Positions 55,114-64,000 of a DNA stretch of 64,000 nt are shown one piece after another. Origin of the DNA: Actinomycetota bacterium (GTDB lineage Bacteria > Actinomycetota > Acidimicrobiia > Acidimicrobiales > Ilumatobacteraceae); contig JBCDAK010000001.1 of assembly GCA_039185545.1 (NCBI GenBank), positions 3,652-67,651 on the forward strand. Direction: 5' to 3'. Below the pieces are notes generated by a model that saw only the letters and a list, made by a program, of their open reading frames with translations, searched no databases and was not told the DNA's origin. Position 1 is the stretch's first letter. Every line of letters starts with the position of its first letter. The translations under genes and the position numbers were made by a program.

Positions 55114-56118
55114 TCAGGCGTTCAGGACCCGGGTGACCGCGTCGATGACCTGATCGTGGAAAGCACCGCTCGTCGCGACGACGCCGCGATTGGCCGACAG
55201 CCGGGCGCCGTGCGAGAAGTCGAGCGGGCGACCCTCGACGTCGCTGACCGTGCCGCCGGCACGCTCCACCACGAACTTGCCCGCTGCGTGATCCCAGATC
55301 TTCTCGACATAGTCGGCCCGTGTGGGCAGGCGCAGGTAGATCGACGCGTCGCCACGAGCGACGGCTGCGTACTTGCATTGGCTGTCGATCCGGTAGGGAT
55401 CGCTCGTGATCCCGAGCAGGTCGGCGATCTGCTGCGACTGCGAGTGATCGGAGTGGCCCGACTCGACCGACTCGCAGAATCGGGACTCGGCCACCGTGGC
55501 CGGCGACGCCACGCGAATCGGCTGGTCGATCGTCGTGTCCGACGGCAGCCCGTGGGACACGGTGCCGTGTGCATCGGCGGCGAAGATCGCACCGACTCCA
55601 CCATCGGGAGTCGGGAGGTTCGGGCATCCGAGCACCCCGAGGACGACCTGACCCTCGTCGATCAGCGCGAGGGCCACGGCGAATTGGTCGCCGCGCAGGA
55701 AACCTTTCGTGCCGTCGATCGGATCGAGAGTCCAGTACCGGTCGGTCGTTCCGTCCGATGCGCCCACGTCGATCCACCGGACGACGTCGTCGGCGGCGAC
55801 CGACCGACCGAGGCCGGTCGACGTGATGTCCTGCACCGTCGCGAGCAGCTCGGCGTGGTCGGGGTCGGTGAGGTCGGACGAGTCCTCCTCGCCCACGAGC
55901 TCGATGCCGGTCCCCAACGCCTCGACGAGCGTGGCGCACACGACGGCCTGTGCGGCGAAGTCGGCCGCCGTCACCGGGCTGTCGTCGCCCTTGGTGATCG
56001 CGTCGCCGGCCGCCAGGCGGTGTTGCACCGAGACACACGCCGCCGACGCGCGTCGAACCGCCTCGACGGCGACGCCGAGCGTGGACCGGTCGGCGGATGC
56101 GTGGGGGGTGGAGCTCAT
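55114..56118 (-). CDS. 3'(2'),5'-bisphosphate nucleotidase, HAL2/Met22-type (PAP phosphatase)
   Basis: [52 protein letters not shown]. Confidence 0.9.
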   Translation of the reverse strand: MSSTPHASADRSTLGVAVEAVRRASAACVSVQHRLAAGDAITKGDDSPVTAADFAAQAVVCATLVEALGTGIELVGEEDSSDLTDPDHAELLATVQDITSTGLGRSVAADDVVRWIDVGASDGTTDRYWTLDPIDGTKGFLRGDQFAVALALIDEGQVVLGVLGCPNLPTPDGGVGAIFAADAHGTVSHGLPSDTTIDQPIRVASPATVAESRFCESVESGHSDHSQSQQIADLLGITSDPYRIDSQCKYAAVARGDASIYLRLPTRADYVEKIWDHAAGKFVVERAGGTVSDVEGRPLDFSHGARLSANRGVVATSGAFHDQVIDAVTRVLNA

Positions 56119-56144
56119 CGTCGTGCCTCGTCTCGTGAGCGGGG

Positions 56145-56609
56145 TCAACCCGTTCGTTGGCGGGTCTCGCGCTGGTACTGCTCGGCGAGTTCGTCGACGC
56201 TCTCGGGCAGCTCGCCCGATGTCAGGTCGGCCAGCGTGACGGTCTCGAGCACGTTGCGCAGGCTTCCGCGGATCGCCATCCAGACGCGCGGCAACGATTC
56301 GGCGGGCGGGGGATACGACAGGTCACGGAGGCTCTCGTCGTGCACGTCGGCCAACGGGCCGTCGATGGCCCGGAAGACGTCGGCGATCGTGATGGCGTCG
56401 GGCGGTCGTGACAGGGTGAAGCCGCCGTCGGGACCGCGCTTCGACCGCACGAGCTCGGCCCGTTTGAGATCGCGCAGGATGTCGAGGAGGTACTTGAGCG
56501 AGATGTCCTGGCCGGTGGCGATGGCCTCGGCCTTCATGGCCGAGCCGTCGGCCGTCGACAAGGCGGCCGCCGCACGGACGGCGTTGTCGACCCGCTCGCT
56601 GATCCGCAT
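56145..56609 (-). CDS. Rrf2 family transcriptional regulator (no Cys; CymR-like)
   Basis: ATG 56609. IS.KYL.DIL.DL....LV.S.RG..GGF.L.RPP..IT. The protein contains no cysteine. Confidence 0.9.
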   Translation of the reverse strand: MRISERVDNAVRAAAALSTADGSAMKAEAIATGQDISLKYLLDILRDLKRAELVRSKRGPDGGFTLSRPPDAITIADVFRAIDGPLADVHDESLRDLSYPPPAESLPRVWMAIRGSLRNVLETVTLADLTSGELPESVDELAEQYQRETRQRTG

Positions 56610-56681
56610 GCCGGCACGACCATACCGTCGCCGTGCGAACGCCCGAGGAGGATTCGTCCGGCCGGTGGCTCGAGGTGACTC

Positions 56682-58448
56682 GTGAGTCTCGACTCGTGGA
56701 TCGCGCTCGCGGTCCTCGTCGGCGTGGTCGGCGTACTCGTGGCCGACCGGTATCCACCCGCGCTCGTCCTCGGCGCTGCGCTGACGGCGCTCGTCTTCGC
56801 CGACGTCGTCGAGCCGTCCCCCGCGCTCGGCGGATTCTCGTCGACGGCGGTCGCCACCATCGCAGCTCTGTACGTCGTCGCGGGCGCCGCGACCGCCACG
56901 GGACTGTTCGGCGGACTCGTCGACCGAGCGCTCCGTCGCGACGGTTCGGTGCTCGCTCTCTGCGGTGGGACTGCCGCGTTGTCGTCGTTCATCCCGAACA
57001 CGCCGGTCATCGCGATGGCGGCTCCGCAAGTGGTCCGTTGGGCCGATCGGAACTCGGTCAGCGTGTCGCGCTTCCTGATGCCGATGTCGTTCGCGAGCAT
57101 CCTCGGTGGCGTCGTCACGATCATCGGCACCTCGACGAATCTCGTCGTGTCCGACGTGCTGGTGGCGAGCGGAGAGGAGCCGCTGCGCATCTTCGAGATC
57201 TCGCCCCTCGGTGTTCCGGTCGCGATCGCCGGTGTGATCGTGCTGTCGACGGTCGGTCGACGGCTCCTGCCCGAGCGTTCGCCGATCACCACCTCGATCG
57301 AGCGGCGGGCGCGCCAGTTCCAGATCGCGTTCGTGGTCGACGCGGGCGGACCGCTGGTCGGTCGGTCGGTCGAGGACGCGGGGCTCCGCGAGCTCAACGG
57401 CGCCTACCTGTCGTTCATCGAGAGGCGGCGCGGCCCGCAGTCCGCTCCGCGTTCGATCGCGGTCCGACCCGACACGGTGCTCGAATCGGGCGACCTGTGC
57501 TGCTTCGTCGGTGATGCCAGCCGCATCGTCGACCTGCACGACGTCGAGGGGCTCCGCTCGATCGCCGAGGAGCAGATCGGGCTCGCGGCGGGGGCCGACT
57601 CTGGTGTCTTCGAAGCGGTCGTCGCTCCGCTGTCCTCGCTGGTGGGTGAGTCGCTCCGATCGGTCGGCTTCCGCGGGCGTTTCGGCGGGGCCGTCATGGC
57701 GATCCACCGCGAAGGCGAGGACCTCGGGGGTCAGCTCGGGCGCATCCCGCTGCGCGCCGGCGACGTGCTCCTCGTGCTGGCGGACGGCGGGTTCGAGGCG
57801 CGATGGAGAAACGATCGCGACTTCTCGCTCGTGGCCGGGCTCGACCAGCAGGCACCCGTCCGGCGGTCGAAGGCGTTCGTCGTCGGCGCGATCATCGTGG
57901 CCTTCATCGCGGTCGCTGCGACGGGTGCCGTGTCCCTCTTCGAGGCGGCCCTCGCCGCGGCGATCGGCACGATCGCCGTCGGCGCGATCGGAGTGACCGA
58001 AGCTCGCCGCGCGATCGATGTGAACGTCGTCCTCACCATGGCGGTGGCGATCGGTCTCGGCGCAGCGATCTCGGCCAGCGGCCTCGCCGCCGAGGCGGCC
58101 GGCGTCATCGAGCGGATCGACGGACTCGGCGTCCACCTGGTCGTCGCCGTCACGATCGTGTCGACCATCGTCCTCAGCGAGCTGCTCACCAACACCGCCG
58201 CTGCGGCCCTCATGGTTCCGGTCGGTCTCGGGGTGAGCGCCGACCTCGGTCTCGATCCCCGGTTGCTCGCCATCACCGTGCTGTTCGGTGCGTCCTGTTC
58301 GTTCCTGTCGCCCGTCGGCTACCAGACGAACCTGATGGTCGCCGGCCTCGGTGGGTACCGGTTCCGCGACTTCTCGCGGGTCGGCTTCCCGCTCACGCTG
58401 ACGGTGATCGTGATGGTCAGCGCACTCGCACCGCTGATCTACGACTGA
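56682..58448 (+). CDS. SLC13/DASS family permease with two TrkA-C domains (probable sulfate/anion uptake)
   Basis: PNTPV, GG..TIIGTSTNLVV, central RCK-C repeats, NTAAAAL, SP.GYQTNLMV. Confidence 0.88.
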   Translation: MSLDSWIALAVLVGVVGVLVADRYPPALVLGAALTALVFADVVEPSPALGGFSSTAVATIAALYVVAGAATATGLFGGLVDRALRRDGSVLALCGGTAALSSFIPNTPVIAMAAPQVVRWADRNSVSVSRFLMPMSFASILGGVVTIIGTSTNLVVSDVLVASGEEPLRIFEISPLGVPVAIAGVIVLSTVGRRLLPERSPITTSIERRARQFQIAFVVDAGGPLVGRSVEDAGLRELNGAYLSFIERRRGPQSAPRSIAVRPDTVLESGDLCCFVGDASRIVDLHDVEGLRSIAEEQIGLAAGADSGVFEAVVAPLSSLVGESLRSVGFRGRFGGAVMAIHREGEDLGGQLGRIPLRAGDVLLVLADGGFEARWRNDRDFSLVAGLDQQAPVRRSKAFVVGAIIVAFIAVAATGAVSLFEAALAAAIGTIAVGAIGVTEARRAIDVNVVLTMAVAIGLGAAISASGLAAEAAGVIERIDGLGVHLVVAVTIVSTIVLSELLTNTAAAALMVPVGLGVSADLGLDPRLLAITVLFGASCSFLSPVGYQTNLMVAGLGGYRFRDFSRVGFPLTLTVIVMVSALAPLIYD

Positions 58449-58497
58449 CTCGTCTCGTCTGGTCCACGCGTGACTCGAGCGCGCGGCGTCGATGCGG

Positions 58498-59463
58498 TCA
58501 GCAGTCGACCGAGAGTGATGCGGCGATGTTGCGGATGGTCGCGACCTGCTGGTCGTCGAGCCGCTCCTTCCACCGCTCGGCCTGATCGCTGGCGACCCGT
58601 TTCGTCTCGTACCCGGTCGACGGTCGGTTGCGCTCGTCGAGGGTGGCAACGACCTCGTCGGTGAATGGGAGATCGAGTGTCTCGAACATGCGGCGGAAGC
58701 CTCCGACCGGGTCGTTGCACAGATCCTCGTGCTGCACGACGATCCACTCCGGGTGGTGCTCGACGGCGAGATCGAGCGACCGGGTCAGCGCGGCGTAGCT
58801 CCATGCGTGGTGCTCGAGGATCGGCGCATCGTCGGATGGCGGCGCGGATCCTCCGATCGACTCGGCGAACGCTCGCTCCGCTGCGGGACTCCCGCCGATC
58901 CGTTGCCGCTTCCAGCCGAGCTCGAGCCAGCTCGCCACCGCATTGAGCGGATTGCGCCGGATCACGACGACCGGGTCGTCGGTCATCGCCGTCACGAAGT
59001 CGGCGGCGGTCGGCGTGTGCACCGACTTCACGACCTGGATCTCGGCGACACCGGGAGTCTGCGGGCGGGCCGTGAGGGCGAGTCCGCGATGGAGGAGTCG
59101 CACTCGCATCGGCGTCGGGTCGGCCGTCGCCGGCACGAGCATCGCGTTGCGATCGTCGAGCGTCGACAGGCGCAGCAGCCCCTTCGCCACGCGCTCGAGC
59201 GCACGGTCGGCGAGACCGACGGCTCGTCGTGGATCGTCGGGTCCGGCGAGTGCGGCGCTCCACAGTTCCCGGTACCGGGGTGCATCGTCACCGTTCCCGA
59301 GGAGCGGGTACCGACCGAGGCCGGCCTTCGAGAGCAGGGCGAACGGGACGTGCGGATCGCTGTCGGGCTCGTGGATGCGCAGGCCGCCCGGCACGGATGC
59401 CAACACCTCCGACGCCCAGGTCGAGCCGGAACGTGGTGGGCCGAGCACGAGGATCCTGCGCAT
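58498..59463 (-). CDS. PAPS-dependent sulfotransferase
   Basis: ATG 59463. 5'-PSB GPPRSGSTW, 3'-PB RRNPLNAVAS, V.HEDL..DP. Confidence 0.85.
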   Translation of the reverse strand: MRRILVLGPPRSGSTWASEVLASVPGGLRIHEPDSDPHVPFALLSKAGLGRYPLLGNGDDAPRYRELWSAALAGPDDPRRAVGLADRALERVAKGLLRLSTLDDRNAMLVPATADPTPMRVRLLHRGLALTARPQTPGVAEIQVVKSVHTPTAADFVTAMTDDPVVVIRRNPLNAVASWLELGWKRQRIGGSPAAERAFAESIGGSAPPSDDAPILEHHAWSYAALTRSLDLAVEHHPEWIVVQHEDLCNDPVGGFRRMFETLDLPFTDEVVATLDERNRPSTGYETKRVASDQAERWKERLDDQQVATIRNIAASLSVDC

Positions 59464-59650
59464 CGGAGCAGTGTACGGACGCCCGTGCGCCGCACACGGA
59501 GAGCGGCGAACGATCACCGATCGCACGATCAGCCGGGGATCTGCGCCGAATCCAGTCACCCAACGTGTCCGCTGATCGACGTAGAGAGGTTCTTCACGAT
59601 AAAGTCCGCCGTGCGCAACGCAACCGCAACATTCGAAGTACGGTCATCCC

Positions 59651-61564
59651 GTGCGTCTGATCCCCCCGATTGGGTTCGTGCTCAGGTCGGCGACGGCATC
59701 GACCGATGAACCCGACGTGACTTCGTCCTCCGCCGGACGGTCCTGGAAGACCGTCCTCGTCGTCCTGGCTCTTGCCGTCACCGCCGGTGTCCTCGTCGAA
59801 CGAGCCTCCACCTCCGGTGGCTCCAACGACGCCGTCGCCGCGCCAGAGCCCCGTGATGCGTGGCTGCGGCCGTTCACCTCGACCTCGATCTGGAACATGC
59901 CGATCGGGTCGAACGCGCAGTACGCGCCGGCGAACATGCCGTACACGAAGCATCACGCACTCGAGACGTCGTATCTCATGAAGACCGATGCGGGTGACCC
60001 GGTGCGCAATGTGTACAAGGTCGGCCACTGGCGCGACCGCTGCTCCGGCAACGAGAAGCACGACTTCACGCTCCACCTCCCCAACGGATGGCAGCCGAAG
60101 CCGGTGTCGGGCAACGTCACACCCAACAACCCCGGTGTCTTCCTCCAGCCCGACGGACGCACGCTCTACAACATGGGAGCGATGGGCCGCTGCACCGCGA
60201 CCGGTCCGCTCTACGCGAACCGCCCGGGCACCGACAAGTTCATCACCGATCTGTACGGCGACGGACTCGTCGGGGCACACGGTGCGTCGCGGCTGAGCCA
60301 GCTCGGTGGCGCGATCCGGCCGGGCGAGATGACGGGCGACGATCCGATTCGGCACGCGCTCGACCTGCTGGTGTGGTCCGAGCACCTCTACTGGGGTGGT
60401 ACCAAGGAGTCGAGCTATCGGTGGCCGGCCACGAGTTCCGACCGATATGCCGGACCCGATCGCTACCGCGGGAACAACTCCCAGCTGCGGATGGGGTCAC
60501 TGATGGCGCTGCCGCCCAACGTCACACCGGCGAGCCTGGGAATCGACACGGCGGAGGGTCGGAAGATCTTCGCGGCGCTGCAGGACTACGGCGCCTACAT
60601 CACCGACGACTCTGCGTGGGACGCGACGTACATCGGCGTCGACTCGCTCGCCATCGGCACATTCCCGTGGGGTGACGCGCAGCGAGACGACATGGCGCAG
60701 ATGATCCAGGCGCTCCACGTGGTCACGAACAACGCACCCGCCTCGATCGGTGGAGGCGGGACCCCTCGCCAGCCGCTGCTGCCCGAACTCGTGCCCCCAG
60801 GGTCGGCCGGCGCCGGTTCTCCCGGAGGCGGTGGCGGCTCGACGCCGCCGTCGGGCCAGCCCGGCAGCCCCACACCCCCGCCGACCGGCGGAGGTGGTTC
60901 GACTCCCCCGCCCGGCGGAGATCCCCAGCTCGACCTCGAGCGAGCCGATCGCCTCGACAACTCGTTCGTGATCGCCCCGCGGGCCGACGGACAGGTCATC
61001 TGGTCCGACTCGTTCGGCGGCGACGACGCCCGCATCCTCACGCAACGAACCGATCCTCGCTGGGCCACGTTCAACGGAGAGTTCCAGGCGATCGACGGCT
61101 CGGCGCGAGTGATGACGTCCCGAGGCAACACGGTGGCGCTCGCAGGCAGCGGCACGTCCGATGTCACGGTGGCGTCGTCGATCACTCTGTCGTCGGGTCG
61201 GGCCTCACCGGGCCTCGCCGTGCGCACGTCCGACGACGAGAACGGGATCATCGTGTCGATGGTCGTCCGCGATGGTGCGAACCGGATCTCACTGCACTCG
61301 ATCAGCGGGGGTGCGTACACGCTCCTCGCCCAGCAGACCGATGCGGGACTCCGGCTCGGCGCGACCTACGACCTCGAGGTGACCGCCGACGGCAGAGACA
61401 TCGTGGTCCGGCTCGACGGGCAGACCGCTCTCCGCCACCGCCTCGACGAGTCGATCGCCTCGCTGCACGCCGGGGTGACGACTCACGGCCTCCGGGTGAT
61501 GAGCAACGGCACCGCCGATGACGGCGGGTCGAGCTGGAACGACATCGTCATCCGAGCCGCATGA
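59651..61564 (+). CDS. Secreted/anchored hypothetical protein: uncharacterised N-terminal domain, Pro/Gly linker, C-terminal ConA/LamG-like beta-sandwich
   Basis: Hydrophobic segment (VLVVLALAVTAGVLV), RPF..TSIWNMPIG domain, GGGSTPP linker x2, and a beta-rich C-terminus ending WNDIVI. Confidence 0.65.
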   Translation: MRLIPPIGFVLRSATASTDEPDVTSSSAGRSWKTVLVVLALAVTAGVLVERASTSGGSNDAVAAPEPRDAWLRPFTSTSIWNMPIGSNAQYAPANMPYTKHHALETSYLMKTDAGDPVRNVYKVGHWRDRCSGNEKHDFTLHLPNGWQPKPVSGNVTPNNPGVFLQPDGRTLYNMGAMGRCTATGPLYANRPGTDKFITDLYGDGLVGAHGASRLSQLGGAIRPGEMTGDDPIRHALDLLVWSEHLYWGGTKESSYRWPATSSDRYAGPDRYRGNNSQLRMGSLMALPPNVTPASLGIDTAEGRKIFAALQDYGAYITDDSAWDATYIGVDSLAIGTFPWGDAQRDDMAQMIQALHVVTNNAPASIGGGGTPRQPLLPELVPPGSAGAGSPGGGGGSTPPSGQPGSPTPPPTGGGGSTPPPGGDPQLDLERADRLDNSFVIAPRADGQVIWSDSFGGDDARILTQRTDPRWATFNGEFQAIDGSARVMTSRGNTVALAGSGTSDVTVASSITLSSGRASPGLAVRTSDDENGIIVSMVVRDGANRISLHSISGGAYTLLAQQTDAGLRLGATYDLEVTADGRDIVVRLDGQTALRHRLDESIASLHAGVTTHGLRVMSNGTADDGGSSWNDIVIRAA

Positions 61565-61647
61565 TCCGACGCGCGGTCGCGCCGGGCGAGCCGGATCACC
61601 CTGCGTGCCGCGTTCGCGCTGTGCGTCGGGCCCGTTAGGGTTCTCCC

Positions 61648-62920
61648 GTGGAGTTGCGGGAGTCCCTCTCGGGGAAGTGGCGTGCGCTGATCCTCGTTCC
61701 GGCGATCACGGCCGTCATCGCCGGCCTCCTGTTCGCATCCTCGGCCGACGAAGAGTTCCAGGCGACGGCGGTCGTTCGGATCACCGAGTTCGTCGAGACG
61801 GGCTCCGCCGCCGGGCTGCGCGCGGCGATCGACGACCTCGACAGCGCTCTCGGGAGTCGTCGGGTCCTCGAGGTCGTTTTCTCAGATCGCCCCCGAGGCC
61901 GACTCTGCTCGGATCCAGCTGAACGCGGTGGGCGAGAGCGGCGACGTGCGCGTGTCGTTCGGCGCCAACTCCGCCGAGGAAGCCGAAGTGGCGCTCGAGG
62001 CCGGCGTGCGCGAGGCGCTCACCATCGTGTCCGAGACGCAGCGGCGCATCACCGGTCGGGAACTGGTGGCGGCCAATGAACAGGCGAGTGAATCCGCAGC
62101 GTTGCTCCAGGACTTCGAGGCTGCCGCCGGAGCCGCCGACCTCGAGAACGAACTCGCTCGGCGCTCGGCCGACATCCTGGCGTTGCGGAACCAGATCGCA
62201 GCGAACGCAGACGACTTCACCGTTCAGTCGGCGCTCCGCGAGACGCTGGAGACCAAGGAACAGGAGCTCGAAGCGATCTCCGCACAGCTCCTCCCGTGGA
62301 CGAACTCTCGCGCCCGGTTCGAGCTGGCCGTCGCCGCCGGCGCCGACGCATCCCTCGAGCTGCGCAACATCGAGGTCAACGAGGAGGACCTCCAGACGCA
62401 GGAGATCCTCCAGTCGCTGCGGGTGCCCGAGCAATCGGTGCTCCCCGACCTGATCCGCGTGGTGGTCGCCGCCGCGGTCGTCACCGGCGGTGCGGTCGTG
62501 CTCCTCGCTCTTGCCGTCGGGTCCGATCAGCGCCGCCGACGGGATGTCACGGCGCGGTCCCGAGTCGATCGTGACCCGCGAGTCCGCGGTCGGGGATCGC
62601 TGCTCGCGCTGGGCGACGAACGATCCGAGCGCTGGGCCGAGAATGGCGACGACGGTCGCGATGCGGGGTACGACGAGCGGTATGTCGATGAGCGCGACGC
62701 GTCGGGCGCGTGGCGCGAGGACGACCGCAGGGACTCGTGGTACGACCACGGGCAGGATGACGACCGACGCGACGGCGACGACGAGTACGACGACGATGAG
62801 TACGACCGTGATGACGAGTACGACAGCGACGACGAGTACGACGGCGAGTACGACGGCGACGACGAATACGACGACGACGAGTACGAGGACGAGCGGGTGA
62901 CGGGCACGTCCGACCGCTGA
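61648..62920 (+). pseudogene. Second Wzz-like co-polymerase, split by an apparent 1-nt frameshift at TTTT (61877-61880)
   Basis: ORF 61648 gives TM1 and the Wzz N-terminus. Removing one T joins it in frame to ORF 61928 (coiled-coil, TM2, acidic tail). Confidence 0.7.
62771..62893 (+). repeat. Imperfect gac-gag-tac tandem repeat encoding a (D/G)DEY acidic Tyr-rich tail
   Basis: DGDDEYDDDEYDRDDEYDSDDEYDGEYDGDDEYDDDEYEDE, seven EY units. Confidence 0.85.
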
Positions 62921-62947
62921 CCGGCGAACACAGGAGGCAGAGTCAGA

Positions 62948-63949
62948 GTGACGTCCACGATCCGAGAACCGAGCGACGACGCGGCAGCACGCGTCGTCGA
63001 ACGACGACGAGAACCGGTCGGCGAACAACCGGCGTTCCTGGTCGGCGCACCTCGGTCGGGGACCAGCCTCGTGTACAAGGCTCTCTGTCTCCACCCCGAC
63101 GCCTCGTTCGTGTCTCAGTGGGTGCAGCGCTTCCCTCGTCTCCCGGCGCTTGCGATCCTCGACCGCTGCGGTCGGTGGTCGCGTCGGCTCCAGCAACGGG
63201 CGTGGTTCCCGTCGGGGAACGCCTACGCGTACGGTCGAGACCGTTCGCTGGCCGAGCGTCTCTATCCGGCCCCGGCAGAAGGAGAGACCGTCTTCGCGGC
63301 CGCCGGGATCCCGGTCGCGCATGTGCAGGACCGACCCGAGGTCGGCCCCGAGATCCGCCGCCTGCGTCGGTCGTTCCGATCGATCCGGCGCTGGAGCGGC
63401 GGGCGGGTGCTCGTCGTGAAGCGAATCGCCAACAACCGGCGCGTCCCACTGCTGGACGTGGCGTTTCCCGCCGCCCGATACGTCGAGATCGTGCGCGACG
63501 GTCGCGCCGTCGCGCTGTCGATCTCGCGGGTCAACTGGTGGGGACCCCGACCGGTGTGGTGGCTCGGCCAGTCACCGGACGACTGGGCAGCGGCCGGTCG
63601 AGATCCACTCGAGCTGACGGCTCGTCACTGGGTCACCGAACTCGACGTCCTCGAGGCAGGCTCCGCGGAGATCTCACCGAACCGGTACCTGCGAATTCGA
63701 TACGAAGACGTCGTCGAGGATCCCATCCCCACGTTCCGACAGGTCGCCGGATTCTTCGGCCTCGACCCCGACGATCGCGAGTGGCTGCGACGGCTCGACC
63801 TGCTCGAACTCCCCGACAACAACCAGAAGTGGCGCGACGGACTCAGCGATGCCGATGTCGCCACGGTCGAGGCCGTGCAGGCCGATCACCTGCGTCGGCA
63901 CGGCTACGCCATCGGCACCCAGGGCGGCCTGCGCGATGGCCGGGAGTGA
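62948..63949 (+). CDS. PAPS-dependent sulfotransferase
   Basis: FLVGAPRSGTSL, IVRDGRAVALS, RYEDVV.DP, KWR. Confidence 0.88.
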   Translation: MTSTIREPSDDAAARVVERRREPVGEQPAFLVGAPRSGTSLVYKALCLHPDASFVSQWVQRFPRLPALAILDRCGRWSRRLQQRAWFPSGNAYAYGRDRSLAERLYPAPAEGETVFAAAGIPVAHVQDRPEVGPEIRRLRRSFRSIRRWSGGRVLVVKRIANNRRVPLLDVAFPAARYVEIVRDGRAVALSISRVNWWGPRPVWWLGQSPDDWAAAGRDPLELTARHWVTELDVLEAGSAEISPNRYLRIRYEDVVEDPIPTFRQVAGFFGLDPDDREWLRRLDLLELPDNNQKWRDGLSDADVATVEAVQADHLRRHGYAIGTQGGLRDGRE

Positions 63950-64000
63950 TCGGCGTCGAACGCGTTCCGACGGTTCGGCGAGTGACGCTGAGCCCGGCGC

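Noticed and set aside
59614-59630. GCAAC direct repeats upstream of 59651
   Set aside because: Too short to distinguish from chance without TSS or conservation data.
62771-62893. CRISPR-like or mobile repeat
   Set aside because: Short in-frame coding microrepeats with no unique spacers and no cas genes.
1-64000. rRNA, tRNA, integrase/transposase, prophage, PEP-CTERM/exosortase or LPxTG sorting signals
   Set aside because: None was recognisable by eye. tRNAscan/Infernal/ISEScan would be needed to exclude small elements formally.

Overview
High-GC actinobacterial DNA; the gene content and codon style suggest Acidimicrobiia/Ilumatobacter-like, which is inference only. Almost the whole window (548-63949) is one surface-glycan locus bounded on the left by a CitE-like lyase. 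It has a Wzx/Wzy-type polysaccharide core: priming polyprenyl sugar-phosphate transferase, WecB/TagA GT, several GT2/GT4, flippase, Wzy/ligase, two Wzz-like proteins and a degenerate CpsD-like kinase. Interleaved with it are two thiotemplate arms. The left arm is an F-A(LLM-interrupted)-PCP NRPS plus a one-module type I PKS. The right arm is an ACP, a FabF-like KS and a C-A-PCP-C-PCP-TE(Cys) NRPS. Also present are a PLP decarboxylase/ATP-grasp pair, two hexapeptide acetyltransferases, two Gfo/Idh/MocA domains (one fused to a GT4), a PAPS supply/sulfation module (cysD, cysNC, HAL2-type PAP phosphatase, SLC13 permease, Rrf2, two sulfotransferases), a clan GH-A lipoprotein, and several secreted proteins with a shared 'RxxDTR' repeat domain and a duplicated uncharacterised Trp/Cys-rich domain. 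Best hypothesis: a sulfated glycan decorated with a peptide/polyketide acyl group, encoded together with the surface proteins that bind or remodel it. I saw no rRNA, tRNA, CRISPR or mobile element. All assignments come from motifs read by eye; no database searches were run.
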